This document shows positions 16,856-26,811 of a stretch of DNA of 46,333 nt, in pieces. The stretch is from an uncultured Oscillospiraceae bacterium (GTDB lineage: Bacteria; Bacillota; Clostridia; Saccharofermentanales; UBA5734). A program made the position numbers and the translations under genes. Within the stretch, counting starts at the first letter, position 1; every line of letters begins with the position of its first letter. The stretch spans positions 1 through 46,333 of the forward strand of contig CAZHQX010000002.1 in assembly GCA_964534195.1 (NCBI GenBank), written 5' to 3'. Under the pieces are notes generated by a model. That model was not told where the DNA came from. It was given only the letters and a program-made list of their open reading frames with translations, and did no database searches.

Positions 16856-19800
16856 TCACTTAAACCACTTCACGCCAGCCTCAAAAATTCTTTGATCCTT
16901 ATTCCCTGGAATATTCTTAGCAATATTGTCACCGTATCTTTCTGAATGGCCCATTTTGCCGAATATTCTGCCATCAGCGCTTATGATACCTTCTATGGCA
17001 GCTACAGAGCCATTTGGGTTGTAAGCAGTTTCAACAGATGGCTTACCGTTCAGATCCACATACTGGGTGGCAATTTGATCATTATCGATCAATTTCGATA
17101 ATACTTCCGTGTTTGCGGAAAATCTGCCCTCACCATGCGATACAGGGACTTGATATAGCTCATCCATTCGAGTCATTGATAACCATGGCGACCGGTTACT
17201 AACAACTCTTGTTGTGACATACGATGAAACATGTCTGCCAATATTGTTAAAAGTCAAGGTCGGTGAATCGGTTGACAAATCTGTTATGTCGCCGTATGGC
17301 AGCAGTCCCAGTTTGACCAGCGCCTGAAATCCGTTGCATATACCAAGCATTAATCCATCTCTCTTCTGCAGCAGGATCCTGATCTGCTCAGTTAACGCAG
17401 GATTACGCAAAGCAGCCGCGATAAACTTACCTGAACCCTCAGGCTCATCACCACCACTGAAACCTCCTGGAAGCATAACGATCTGTGCCAAGGCGATTCT
17501 TCTTTCCATTTCAGCGATCGTTTCAGAAATAGCCTGATGTGACAAATTTCTGACAACCAGAATATCAGTGCTTGCACCGGCCTTCTCAAAAGCCTTTTGG
17601 GTATCATACTCACAATTTGTGCCTGGGAATACTGGAATAAAAACTCTGGGTTTAGCAGAATCCCCAGTTATCACCGCAGGAGCTTTTGTCTGTCCGGCCT
17701 CGGTGTAACTCAAGCTATTGTATGAATTATAATTTGTGTTTTCTTCAAGTCTGCTATCAATTGCCGGTTTGCTCCGGACATCAGTCGGGAAGACTTTTTC
17801 CAACTTGTTATGCCAGCCTGTGATGACAGCTTCAAGATCAACTCTTTGGCCACCAAACACTATCTCGGTATCAGATATTGTCTGTCCTGTCAGAAGAGCT
17901 CCGTTTCTTCTTAGAAGGTTCATGCCTTCAATATCCGCTACAGCCAGCAAAATAGCGCCTGTTCGCGGCGCGAAAACATCTCTGGCTGTCAGAGTCGTAT
18001 CAAACTTGAACCCCAGTCTCTCGCCAAAACACTGTCTGGCTATTGTTACTGCGATTCCTCCTGAGCCAACTGTTGCTGCGGCCTCTACAAGACCGTGCTG
18101 CTGCAAGCGATAAACCAGGCCGAGCTTCTCTCGCCAATCGCAGATATCCGGCATGCCAAGCTCATCCTTTTTAATGTCAAGAAGCCAGACAGGAATTCCT
18201 GCCTGCTTGAAGGCAGCTGAACAGACCTGTTTGGCCTTACCGGCCGAAACAGCAAAAGACACGAGAGTAGGCGGTACATGCAAATTATTGAAGCTTCCTG
18301 ACATACTGTCTTTGCCGCCAATCGCAGGTACAGTAAAATCAAGCTGCGCCTGATAAGCTCCTAACAAAGCCATCAAAGGCTTGCCCCATTTTGTTTCATC
18401 TGTCAGTCGCTCGAAATATTCCTGGAAGGTTAGTCTGGCGCTGAATGGATCAGCACCCATTGCTGCCAGCTTCGAAATTGAATGCAGTACAGCGTAGTAT
18501 GCGCCATGGAATGGGCTTCTGACAGAAAGCTCAGGATCAAAACCGTAGGTCATGAAACTGCAGTTATCGGTTTGCCCATCCAAAACAGGTATAAGAGCAG
18601 CCATGCCTTCTTCTGCGGTTAACTGATATCTGCCTCCAAAAGGCATAAGGATAGTTCCAGCACCAATTGTACTGTCGAACATCTCGACCAGACCCTTGCG
18701 TGAGCAATGAGCAAGGCTGCTCATTCTCTTAATAAGAGTATCCGCAAAATTATCAGATGACACAGTCTCATCCAGGTCACCAATAAGCTTACCAGCATCT
18801 TCAGCAGATTTCACTCTGATAGATACGTGCTGTGGGGCACCGTTGCTGTCAATAAACTCTCTAGCCAGATCAACGATCGTTTTGTCTCGCCATTTCATAA
18901 TCATTCTTGGTTCAGCAGTTACTGTTGCGACTGGTACTGCTTCCAGATTTTCAAAATCTGCTGCCGAGATAAATCTATCCACATCCTCAGGAGCAACGAC
19001 AACTGCCATCCTCTCCTGTGATTCAGATATTGCCAGCTCAGTACCATCAAGACCATCATATTTTTTAGGCACTCTGTCGAGATCAATTATCAGTCCAGGT
19101 GCCAGCTCACCGATCGCGACAGATACGCCACCGGCGCCAAAATCATTACAGCGTTTGATCATGCGGGCAACCTCAGGGTTCCTGAACAGCCTTTGGATTT
19201 TTCTCTCAGTCGGAGGATTACCCTTCTGCACTTCAGAACCGCATGTTATTAATGACTCCTCAGTATGAGCCTTGGATGAACCAGTTGCGCCGCCGCAGCC
19301 ATCTCTACCGGTCCTGCCGCCAAGAAGAATGATCTGATCACCAGCTGCGGGGACTTCTCTTCTTACCTGATCAGCTGGCGCGGCTGCTATAACAGCACCT
19401 ATTTCCATTCGTTTAGCTACATAGCCGGGATGGTATATTTCATCGACCTGTCCTGTTGCCAAACCAATCTGGTTGCCATAAGAGCTGTAGCCATGCGCTG
19501 CGGTTTTTGTCAGTTTACGCTGAGGAAGCTTTCCGGGCAGCGTCTCGGAGACAGGAACTGTCGGATCGCCGCTGCCAGTAACACGCATCGCCTGATAGAC
19601 ATAGGATCTGCCGGACAAAGGATCCCTGATCGCTCCGCCCAGACAGGTGGCAGCGCCGCCAAAAGGCTCAATTTCTGTAGGATGGTTATGTGTTTCGTTC
19701 TTAAACATAACAAGGTAGTCCTGAGGCTTGCCATTGACTTCTATTTCAACCTTGATACTACAGGCATTTATCTCCTCGGATTGGTCAAGATCAGCCAATT

Positions 19801-20683
19801 GACCGTTATCACGCAGATGCTTCATGGCGATCGTAGCAAGATCCATCAGACATTCAGGCTTGCTTGCCAATCTATCACCATAGATCTCAGCTCTCTTTTG
19901 TCTATAGTCAGCCAAAACACTCTGGATATGATGACTAAGCTCATCATCATTTTCGAAAATGATCTCATCTATCTCAGTTAAAAAGGTTGTATGTCTGCAG
20001 TGATCAGACCAATATGTATCAAGCACCCGCAGTTCAGTCCAGCTGGGGTCACGCTGTTCTTGTTTGAAATAAGTCCGGATAAACTTCAAATCCTCTATGG
20101 ACATTGCCAGACCAGCTTCTCTTCTAAGCTCCTCAAGCATAGAGTCGTTAGCTTGAATCAAGCCATCAACCAGCTTAATATCTTCTGGAGCATCTAATTG
20201 ATCCTCAAGTGAATCCGGCTTATCCAGGGAGGCTTCACGTGACTCAACAGGATTGATCAGCCATTTTCTTATCTGATCAAGCTGCTCAGGAGATATCATT
20301 CCATAGAAAGCGAAAACTCTGGCAGTTCTGCATAAGGGCCGTTCACCACATGTTACTATTTGTATACACTGAGAAGCGGAATCCGCACGCTGATCATATT
20401 GGCCAGGCAAAGCCTCAACAGCTATTACCGCATCTGCTTTTGCCAAATCGATTTTCTCGACAAATACATCATCTACCGGTGCTTCAGAAAACACCTGGGA
20501 AATCGATTTATTGAAATCCTCTTCACTTAAGCCAGATACGTCGTACCTGTTGAAAATCTGTACCGACTCCAGTCCGGTCAACCCAAGATTTTCCTTAAGA
20601 TCCGCAGCAATACCCTGTGCTTCAATATCAAAGCCGGGGCGCTTAACCACATAAACTCTTTTTACTTGGCTGTTTGCTTCCAT
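16856..20683 (-). CDS. purL: Phosphoribosylformylglycinamidine synthase, single-chain large form
   Basis: 1275 aa from MEANSQVKRVYVVKRPGFDIEAQ. FGAM synthetase core (HNHPTEIEPFGGAATCLGGAIRD) and a C-terminal glutaminase domain (GICNGFQALVKLGLLP ... HSER). Confidence 0.95.
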   Translation of the reverse strand: MEANSQVKRVYVVKRPGFDIEAQGIAADLKENLGLTGLESVQIFNRYDVSGLSEEDFNKSISQVFSEAPVDDVFVEKIDLAKADAVIAVEALPGQYDQRADSASQCIQIVTCGERPLCRTARVFAFYGMISPEQLDQIRKWLINPVESREASLDKPDSLEDQLDAPEDIKLVDGLIQANDSMLEELRREAGLAMSIEDLKFIRTYFKQEQRDPSWTELRVLDTYWSDHCRHTTFLTEIDEIIFENDDELSHHIQSVLADYRQKRAEIYGDRLASKPECLMDLATIAMKHLRDNGQLADLDQSEEINACSIKVEIEVNGKPQDYLVMFKNETHNHPTEIEPFGGAATCLGGAIRDPLSGRSYVYQAMRVTGSGDPTVPVSETLPGKLPQRKLTKTAAHGYSSYGNQIGLATGQVDEIYHPGYVAKRMEIGAVIAAAPADQVRREVPAAGDQIILLGGRTGRDGCGGATGSSKAHTEESLITCGSEVQKGNPPTERKIQRLFRNPEVARMIKRCNDFGAGGVSVAIGELAPGLIIDLDRVPKKYDGLDGTELAISESQERMAVVVAPEDVDRFISAADFENLEAVPVATVTAEPRMIMKWRDKTIVDLAREFIDSNGAPQHVSIRVKSAEDAGKLIGDLDETVSSDNFADTLIKRMSSLAHCSRKGLVEMFDSTIGAGTILMPFGGRYQLTAEEGMAALIPVLDGQTDNCSFMTYGFDPELSVRSPFHGAYYAVLHSISKLAAMGADPFSARLTFQEYFERLTDETKWGKPLMALLGAYQAQLDFTVPAIGGKDSMSGSFNNLHVPPTLVSFAVSAGKAKQVCSAAFKQAGIPVWLLDIKKDELGMPDICDWREKLGLVYRLQQHGLVEAAATVGSGGIAVTIARQCFGERLGFKFDTTLTARDVFAPRTGAILLAVADIEGMNLLRRNGALLTGQTISDTEIVFGGQRVDLEAVITGWHNKLEKVFPTDVRSKPAIDSRLEENTNYNSYNSLSYTEAGQTKAPAVITGDSAKPRVFIPVFPGTNCEYDTQKAFEKAGASTDILVVRNLSHQAISETIAEMERRIALAQIVMLPGGFSGGDEPEGSGKFIAAALRNPALTEQIRILLQKRDGLMLGICNGFQALVKLGLLPYGDITDLSTDSPTLTFNNIGRHVSSYVTTRVVSNRSPWLSMTRMDELYQVPVSHGEGRFSANTEVLSKLIDNDQIATQYVDLNGKPSVETAYNPNGSVAAIEGIISADGRIFGKMGHSERYGDNIAKNIPGNKDQRIFEAGVKWFK

Positions 20684-20764
20684 TGATCTGCCATCCTTAT
20701 ATTTTATTGCGTCTTCACTATTCACAGCTGTACCCATAAGACGCTTTTTGCACTTGTTTCATAA

Positions 20765-20790
20765 GATCCCGCGGCGCCAACCACGGGATC
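20765..20790 (-). terminator. Candidate htpG terminator hairpin (weak U tract)
   Basis: On the minus strand, GAUCCCGUGG-UUGGCG-CCGCGGGAUC forms a 10-bp stem with one G-U pair. It lies 32 nt after the htpG stop and is followed only by UUAUG. Confidence 0.35.
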
Positions 20791-20822
20791 ATCTAATAAT
20801 GAGCAATTTCTCAGCCAGCTTC

Positions 20823-22715
20823 TTATTCGGCCAGCTTATTCAGCAGTTCTGCACTGCGCTTAAGGAATTTCGCCATATCTTCGGCTGTCAGTGAGCCATG
20901 CCCAAGTCTAGCCAGATCATATACCTGTTCAGCGATTGCTTCAGCCTTTTCCCTCTGAGCCGGCAACTCATTAAGAGCATGCATCCTGGATATCAGAGGA
21001 CTGTCTTCGTTAATCACCAGTGTCTGCTGCAGCGGGAACATACTATCAATATCCATAGCATCATCTCCCTTACCCTGCATCTTCTCAAACTGCTTGCGCA
21101 TTTCCTGAATCCTGCGATTCTCCTCAGACTCAAGAATCATTGCCGGTAAGGCCTCTTCACCCAGTGACTGCACCTTGACATCTAGTTTTTCGATACCACT
21201 GGCCGCACGGAAGATCGCAGCAAACGCTTCTGTTCTATCACTTTCACTATCCTTGCCGCCCAGTTCAGCATCAACTCTTTTGAATTTCTTGCCTTCATTT
21301 TTGTATTCGATCATGGACATGAAATGATTATCAAGCTCATGATCCATTATAACTACTTCTAAACCACGCTTCTTGGCCATCTGAATATAAGTTACCTGCT
21401 GCTTGGCATCAGGAGTATAGTATATTTCATCACCAAGCTCGGCAAGTGTTTTGAACTTGTCATCGACGGTTTTGAACAGTGCTATTTCCTTAACACGATC
21501 GTTGAATTTCTCATCACGCAGCATGCCATACTTGACGAAAACACCAATATCATGCCAATAGCTCTCATAGTCCTCTCTCTGATCCTTGAACAGTTTATTG
21601 AGCTTCTCTGAAACCTTGCGTATGATATTGCTCGATAATTTGCCAACATATTCATCATTTTGCAGAAAGCTTCTTGAGACATTGAGCGGCAGATCGGGAC
21701 AATCAATACAACCCTTAAGCAGGAACAAAAACTCAGGAATAATTTCCTTTATGTTGTCTGCCACAAAAACCTGATTATAATAGATTTTTATCCTGCCTTC
21801 CAAGGTCTCATAGACATTATCGGTCTGTGGGAAATAGAGTATTCCTCTCAGCTTAAATGGATAATCCATATTTAAATGAATCCAGAATAGAGGCTCACGA
21901 AAGTCTCTGAAGGTAGTCCGATAAAATTCTTTGTATTCATCATCAGTACACTCCGACGGATTCTTGAGCCAGAGCGGAGAAACGTTATTAACAGGCAGTA
22001 TTTCTTTGTCTGCCGCAGTTTCCTCATTGTCATCCTTTTTGTCAGCCTTGGCAGCCTCTTCTGCCGCCTTACGCTCAGCTGTCAGGTCATGGAAGTAGAT
22101 GGGATAAGGCATAAAATTACAGTACTTGTCAAGAATACTTCTAATCTCAGAACTGTTCAGGAATGATTTGCCTTCTTCCGATAATTTCAGAGTGATTCTT
22201 GAACCTCTCTGATCATACTCAGAGCCGGCCATGATATACTCCATGCCATCCTCACTTTGCCAGGATGCTGCTTCAGCACCATCCTGCCATGAAAGGGTAT
22301 CGATCCTGACCTGATCAGAAACCATGAAGGCTGAATAGAATCCAAGTCCAAAATGTCCAATAATACCAGCATCTTCAGCAGCTTTGTCCTTGTACTTCTC
22401 CACGAAATCCATCACACCGGAAAAAGCTATCTGGTTTATGTACTTGCGGATTTCCTCAGTTGTCATGCCTATACCATTATCTGTGATCATCAGCTCGCCG
22501 GCTTCACTATCGAAGCTGACATCGATCCGGAACAACTCATCCTCCGGCAGCTGCGCCTCACCCATGTCAACCAGTCTCTTCAGCTTGGATATGGCATCCG
22601 AAGCATTTGAAACCAGTTCTCTCAGAAAAATATCCCGATCAGAATACAACCACTTACGAATAATCGGGAAAATATTCTCAGTACTGACTGAAACACGTCC
22701 ACTTTCTTGATGCAT
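20823..22715 (-). CDS. htpG: Molecular chaperone HtpG (Hsp90)
   Basis: FPIIRKWLYSDRDIFLRELVSNASDAISKL..ITDNGIGMT..GHFGLGFYSAFMV. ATG 22715 has AAGGAGGAA upstream. Confidence 0.95.
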   Translation of the reverse strand: MHQESGRVSVSTENIFPIIRKWLYSDRDIFLRELVSNASDAISKLKRLVDMGEAQLPEDELFRIDVSFDSEAGELMITDNGIGMTTEEIRKYINQIAFSGVMDFVEKYKDKAAEDAGIIGHFGLGFYSAFMVSDQVRIDTLSWQDGAEAASWQSEDGMEYIMAGSEYDQRGSRITLKLSEEGKSFLNSSEIRSILDKYCNFMPYPIYFHDLTAERKAAEEAAKADKKDDNEETAADKEILPVNNVSPLWLKNPSECTDDEYKEFYRTTFRDFREPLFWIHLNMDYPFKLRGILYFPQTDNVYETLEGRIKIYYNQVFVADNIKEIIPEFLFLLKGCIDCPDLPLNVSRSFLQNDEYVGKLSSNIIRKVSEKLNKLFKDQREDYESYWHDIGVFVKYGMLRDEKFNDRVKEIALFKTVDDKFKTLAELGDEIYYTPDAKQQVTYIQMAKKRGLEVVIMDHELDNHFMSMIEYKNEGKKFKRVDAELGGKDSESDRTEAFAAIFRAASGIEKLDVKVQSLGEEALPAMILESEENRRIQEMRKQFEKMQGKGDDAMDIDSMFPLQQTLVINEDSPLISRMHALNELPAQREKAEAIAEQVYDLARLGHGSLTAEDMAKFLKRSAELLNKLAE

Positions 22716-22806
22716 TAAAATTCCTCCTTGTTTATGGATAATTATTATTGACCAAGCAGCCGGCAAAAAACTGCTGCACTCAGGTCTGCTCGGCTTTTGC
22801 CAATAT

Positions 22807-22815
22807 ATTATAGCA
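22807..22815 (-). promoter_or_regulatory. Extended -10 promoter element TGCTATAAT upstream of htpG
   Basis: The reverse complement of 22807-22815 reads TGCTATAAT. It would give a leader of about 85 nt. No CIRCE or CtsR operator is visible. Confidence 0.35.
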
Positions 22816-22858
22816 ATATGATGCTATCAATTCTATTACCTGCCGCATCCTCTTTGAT

Positions 22859-23737
22859 TTATTTTGAATCAGGCTTGTAATGGATATGACTGGCAAGCCA
22901 CTCGCGCATTATATTATGATACTCTTTGTTTATCTTCACGAAGAGCTCATTGGCAGCGGAGGGCAGTGGAATCTCTTCAATTGAGCTTATCGGCAGAAGA
23001 TCTATCGGCGATCCCGATAAAAATGCTGCCGAAACAGATCCACCAGCCAGTTCATCTGCTGTAATCATTTCCACTCTGAGTCCAGCTCCTGCTCGCTCAA
23101 TAGCCTGCATAACATACTTTCTGGTTACACCCAGCAGGATCCTGTCATCTGGTGCAGTAAGAACTTCATCATCTCTTATGAAAAATAAGTTAGATCTTGA
23201 TCCTTCGGTAAGAAATCCATTATTATCAGCCAGAAGAAGCTCAAAAGGACTGCCATAACTGCTCTTGCGGGCAAAGCCATGTGCTACGGCTGCTTTATAA
23301 TCGGCTTTTATCACCTTAACATTGGGATTCTCGCGTTCCCAGTTGATGATCAATGTTGATACTCCCTTGCTGAACTGTGATAGGTCAGGATAATAGGAAG
23401 GTATCAGGTGGATCACTCTAAGCTCAGGTGTTACAACGATACGTAAATTCAGACCCTCGAGATCTACTCCTGCCTGCAAATGACGCTCGAGCAGCTTTCT
23501 GCTCTCTCCCAGCAGATCACCTCTGAGCTTGAAGCTGCCGTCGATCGATCTATTCAGCCTCTCAATATGATCATCCCAGAATAATGGTGTATTATCAGCG
23601 ATTCTAACAACCTCATAATACATCAGATATCCAGCAGGCTTACGCAGCTGTGCTGTCATCTCTGATCCATGATCATATATTCGCCCATCAGCCATCAGCC
23701 ATGAGCCGGCAAGTGCATCTATTATTGGATATGACAT
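22859..23737 (-). CDS. Class IV (fold type IV) aminotransferase family protein
   Basis: 292 aa from MSYPII, with SD AAGGAG. YYEVVRI..PLFWDDHIERLNRS, ..EGSRSNLFFI.., ..GVTR..V are characteristic of the BCAT / D-aminotransferase / ADC-lyase family. Subfamily is not assignable by eye. Confidence 0.8.
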   Translation of the reverse strand: MSYPIIDALAGSWLMADGRIYDHGSEMTAQLRKPAGYLMYYEVVRIADNTPLFWDDHIERLNRSIDGSFKLRGDLLGESRKLLERHLQAGVDLEGLNLRIVVTPELRVIHLIPSYYPDLSQFSKGVSTLIINWERENPNVKVIKADYKAAVAHGFARKSSYGSPFELLLADNNGFLTEGSRSNLFFIRDDEVLTAPDDRILLGVTRKYVMQAIERAGAGLRVEMITADELAGGSVSAAFLSGSPIDLLPISSIEEIPLPSAANELFVKINKEYHNIMREWLASHIHYKPDSK

Positions 23738-23890
23738 GTTATATCTCCTTGCATAACTGGTCAGCCTCATACACAACAAATTATAGCACGACCAGCTACT
23801 TATTATGAAACAAGAAACGGTCACAGATCCATCTGTTTCGACATCGTGTTCCACGGCATTAAGTATACTATATGACCGGCTGTTTGGGCT

Positions 23891-23920
23891 TTGACATTAT
23901 CAACAGGACAGCTGTATACT
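23891..23920 (+). promoter_or_regulatory. argGH promoter TTGACA-18-TATACT
   Basis: TTGACA at 23891-23896 and TATACT at 23915-23920. It lies about 135 nt upstream of the argG ATG. Confidence 0.5.
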
Positions 23921-23995
23921 TCTAAGCATGAAATTGAACAATTGGCATAATAGCTATTGTTCATGCAATAGTTTATAATTATTCATAACAACAAT

Positions 23996-24027
23996 CTTTT
24001 TATGCAATTTTAACACTTTTTATGCAA
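23996..24027 (+). promoter_or_regulatory. Direct repeat CTTTTTATGCAA x2 in the argG leader (candidate ArgR/AhrC-type operator)
   Basis: Identical 12-mers at 23996-24007 and 24016-24027, two helical turns apart. Nearby AT-rich ARG-box-like TTTATAATTATTCA (about 23971-23984) and the palindrome ATGCAACTGCAT (24022-24033). Confidence 0.3.
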
Positions 24028-24056
24028 CTGCATTAATGTTTGGGAGGTCTACTAAA

Positions 24057-25274
24057 ATGGCAAAAGAAAAAATACTTCTAGCTTATTCAGGCGGATTGGA
24101 TACTTCTATCATAATCCCCTGGCTGCTCGAAAACTATGATTGCGAAGTTATCGCCATGGCTGGCGAGGTCGGCATCGATCTTGACCATGAAGCGCTCAAG
24201 GCCAAGGCACTTAAGTGCGGCGCATCCAAATGTTACATTGAGGATATTTCCGAGGAATTCATCACAGACTATATCTATCCTACGCTCAAGGCTGGCGCTG
24301 TCTATGAAGGCAAATATCTTCTGGGAACATCTTTTGCCCGGCCGATCATCGCCAAGAGAATGGTTGAGATAGCACGCAAGGAAGGCTGCACAACAATAGC
24401 TCATGGCTGTACTGGCAAGGGTAATGATCAGGTTCGTTTTGAGTTGACCATCAAAGCGCTGGCTCCGGAAATGAAGATAATCGCTCCTTGGAGAGTCTGG
24501 GAAATCAAATCGCGCGATGAAGAGATCGATTACGCTAATGCACGCGGTATTCCCGTTCCGGTTACAAAAGAGAATAACTATTCAATGGATAAAAACCTCT
24601 GGCACCTGAGTCATGAGGGCATGGATCTTGAGGATCCGGCAAATGAGCCGCAATATGATAAAATCCTGGAAATGATGGTTTCGCCTGAGAAGGCACCAGA
24701 TCAGGCTGAATATGTTGAGCTGGATTTCGAAGCAGGCATCCCGGTAAAAGTAAACGGCGAGGCTCTCGCACCTGTTGATATGCTCAAGAAGCTTAACGAG
24801 ATTGCCGGCAGAAATGGTGTAGGCATTGCTGACATGGTTGAGAATCGTCTTGTCGGTATGAAGTCCAGAGGTGTTTACGAAACACCGGGCGGCACATTAA
24901 TGTATGCGGCTCATCGTGAGCTGGAGCTGCTCTGTCTGGAGAGAGACACCATGCATTATAAGGATCTTGTGTCTCATAAATATGCGGAGCTGGTTTATTT
25001 CGGCCAATGGTTCCATCCTCTGCGCGAAGCGCTTGACGCTTTCGTGAATGAGACTCAGAAAACCATTACCGGCAAGGTAAAACTCAAGCTCTACAAGGGC
25101 AATGTACTTCCGGCAGGCACAACTTCACCCTTCTCACTTTATGAGGAAGAGCTTTCTACCTTCGGTGAGGATGTTGTCTATGATCAGGCTGACGCAGGCG
25201 GCTTCATCAATTGTTTCGGTCTGCCTATGAAGGTCGTAGCTCAGATGAAGAAACGCAACGGTCTGCTTGACTGA
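24057..25274 (+). CDS. argG: Argininosuccinate synthase
   Basis: [17 protein letters not shown].. and [21 protein letters not shown] lies before ATG 24057. Confidence 0.95.
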   Translation: MAKEKILLAYSGGLDTSIIIPWLLENYDCEVIAMAGEVGIDLDHEALKAKALKCGASKCYIEDISEEFITDYIYPTLKAGAVYEGKYLLGTSFARPIIAKRMVEIARKEGCTTIAHGCTGKGNDQVRFELTIKALAPEMKIIAPWRVWEIKSRDEEIDYANARGIPVPVTKENNYSMDKNLWHLSHEGMDLEDPANEPQYDKILEMMVSPEKAPDQAEYVELDFEAGIPVKVNGEALAPVDMLKKLNEIAGRNGVGIADMVENRLVGMKSRGVYETPGGTLMYAAHRELELLCLERDTMHYKDLVSHKYAELVYFGQWFHPLREALDAFVNETQKTITGKVKLKLYKGNVLPAGTTSPFSLYEEELSTFGEDVVYDQADAGGFINCFGLPMKVVAQMKKRNGLLD

Positions 25275-25296
25275 TTGATCAGAAAGGTCTGCTAAT

Positions 25297-26736
25297 ATGA
25301 CTCCAACTAATTCAACAAATTCAGCAGACAGCAGGAAAGCTGCGAACACACCGGCTCAGAGCACCAAACTCTGGGCCGGCCGTTTCAGCAAGGAAACTGA
25401 CACTGCTGTCAACGCCTATAATTCTTCTATTTCTTTTGACGCAAGAATGTACAAACAGGATATCAAGGGCAGCTGTGCTCATGCACGCATGTTGGCGGCT
25501 CAGGGCATAATCACTAGCGATGACGCCGGTCTTATAATAGATGGATTGAATGACATACTGCTCGATATAGAAAGTAACAAGCTCAGCTTTGATCCGCTGG
25601 CAGAAGATATTCACATGTTCATTGAGGCTGAGCTGACATCAAGAATCGGCGATGCCGGCAAAAGACTGCATACGGGACGCAGCCGCAATGATCAGGTTGC
25701 GCTCGATCTGCGCATGTATTTGCTCGATATCATTGCAGAGATCAGAGCTGGTATGCTTGAACTCTATTCTGTTCTTATTAGCATTTGTCGGGAAAACCTT
25801 GAAACGATCATGCCAGGCTACACGCATCTGCAGCGTGCTCAGCCTATTACGATGGCTCACCATTTAATGGCCTATGTCGAGATGCTTGCTCGTGATATTG
25901 ATAGACTTGATGACTGCAGCCGCAGAATGAATGTAATGCCGCTTGGTTCTGGCGCACTTGCTGGTACGACCTACGATCTCGATCGCCAGTCTGTTGCTGA
26001 CGAGCTTGGTTTTGCGGACATCACGATGAATAGTCTTGATGGTGTGTCCGACAGGGATTACGCTATTGAATTAACCAGTATGCTGTCAATTTTCATGATG
26101 CACCTATCACGTCTTAGTGAAGAAATTATTCTCTGGTCCAGTCAGGAATTTGCTTTTGTCGAGTTAGATGACGCATACAGTACTGGCAGCAGTATTATGC
26201 CACAGAAGAAAAACCCGGATATTGCCGAATTGACTCGTGGTAAAACCGGCAGAGTCTATGGGTCTTTGATCACTCTGCTTACCATGATGAAGGGCCTGCC
26301 CCTGGCATATAACAAGGATATGCAAGAGGATAAGGAAGCTGTATTCGACGCCGTTGACACAGTTCTTATGTGCCTTCCGGCTTTTTCCGGTATGCTTTCA
26401 ACAATGCGTATCAGGAAGGATCGTTGTCGTCAGGCAGCTGCCGGCGGTTTTACCAATGCCACCGATCTTGCCGATTATCTCGTCAAGAGAGGACTGCCAT
26501 TCCGCAGTGCGCATGAGGTTTCAGGACGCATGGTGCGCTACTGTGTTGAGAAGAGCTGTGCCCTGGACGATCTCAGCCTCGAGGAGATGATGACATTCTC
26601 AGACATGATCGGAGACGATATATTTGACGCGATCAGTTTGGATACATGTGTCAGCCAACGCCGCATAACAGGCGCACCCGCACCAGAGACAGTCGCAGCC
26701 GCAATTGATAAAGCAGCAGCACGTTTCACAGACTGA
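25297..26736 (+). CDS. argH: Argininosuccinate lyase
   Basis: KLWAGRFS..D..YNSSISFD..HTGRSRNDQV..GYTHLQRAQP..GSSIMPQKKNPD is the fumarate-lyase / ArgH signature. Confidence 0.95.
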   Translation: MTPTNSTNSADSRKAANTPAQSTKLWAGRFSKETDTAVNAYNSSISFDARMYKQDIKGSCAHARMLAAQGIITSDDAGLIIDGLNDILLDIESNKLSFDPLAEDIHMFIEAELTSRIGDAGKRLHTGRSRNDQVALDLRMYLLDIIAEIRAGMLELYSVLISICRENLETIMPGYTHLQRAQPITMAHHLMAYVEMLARDIDRLDDCSRRMNVMPLGSGALAGTTYDLDRQSVADELGFADITMNSLDGVSDRDYAIELTSMLSIFMMHLSRLSEEIILWSSQEFAFVELDDAYSTGSSIMPQKKNPDIAELTRGKTGRVYGSLITLLTMMKGLPLAYNKDMQEDKEAVFDAVDTVLMCLPAFSGMLSTMRIRKDRCRQAAAGGFTNATDLADYLVKRGLPFRSAHEVSGRMVRYCVEKSCALDDLSLEEMMTFSDMIGDDIFDAISLDTCVSQRRITGAPAPETVAAAIDKAAARFTD

Positions 26737-26773
26737 GTTTAGTTGTCACTGCAATTTACAAATTGAGATCAAG

Positions 26774-26811
26774 TTCGGCAGAACCTCTAACTTAAAATAT
26801 CTTCTGCCGAA
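26774..26811. terminator. 10-bp perfect inverted repeat between convergent argH and the TPR gene (possible bidirectional terminator)
   Basis: TTCGGCAGAA (26774-26783) and TTCTGCCGAA (26802-26811) with an 18-nt loop. The right arm lies in the last codons of the TPR gene and the loop contains its stop codon. No strong U tract on either strand. Confidence 0.3.

Noticed and set aside
19430-19981. Long antisense ORFs inside well-supported genes. Examples are 183 aa opposite purL, 174 aa at 28719-29243 opposite UPF0210, 187 aa at 38806-39369 opposite valS, and 163 aa at 32368-32859 opposite the RACo-like gene.
   Set aside because: They lie entirely within strongly supported CDSs on the other strand. 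They have Ser/Pro/Ala-rich low-complexity composition typical of shadow frames. They lack SD sequences.
20684-20737. N-terminal extensions in the ORF track. Affected genes are purL, htpG to 22766, argG from 24036, the aminotransferase to 23854, MBL to 31221, fba to 36325, valS to 40074, the esterase to 42867, the DGC to 15501 and dut to 8251.
   Set aside because: In each case an internal ATG/GTG has a good SD at 5-10 nt and gives the family-typical N-terminus. The upstream start has no SD, or it overlaps the neighbouring gene or its promoter.
20738-20822. Purine or ZTP riboswitch, or PurR box, upstream of purL
   Set aside because: Only about 85 nt (140 nt with the shorter purL start) are available. 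The one strong structure is a simple GC hairpin best read as the htpG terminator. I could find no ZTP pseudoknot partner (CCGCCUGGGC-like) or guanine-riboswitch three-way junction.
22716-22858. CIRCE (HrcA) or CtsR operator in the htpG leader
   Set aside because: GAGTGCAGC resembles half a CIRCE arm, but no TTAGCACTC-N9-GAGTGCTAA inverted repeat exists. GGTCAATAATAATTATC matches only the first CtsR half-site.
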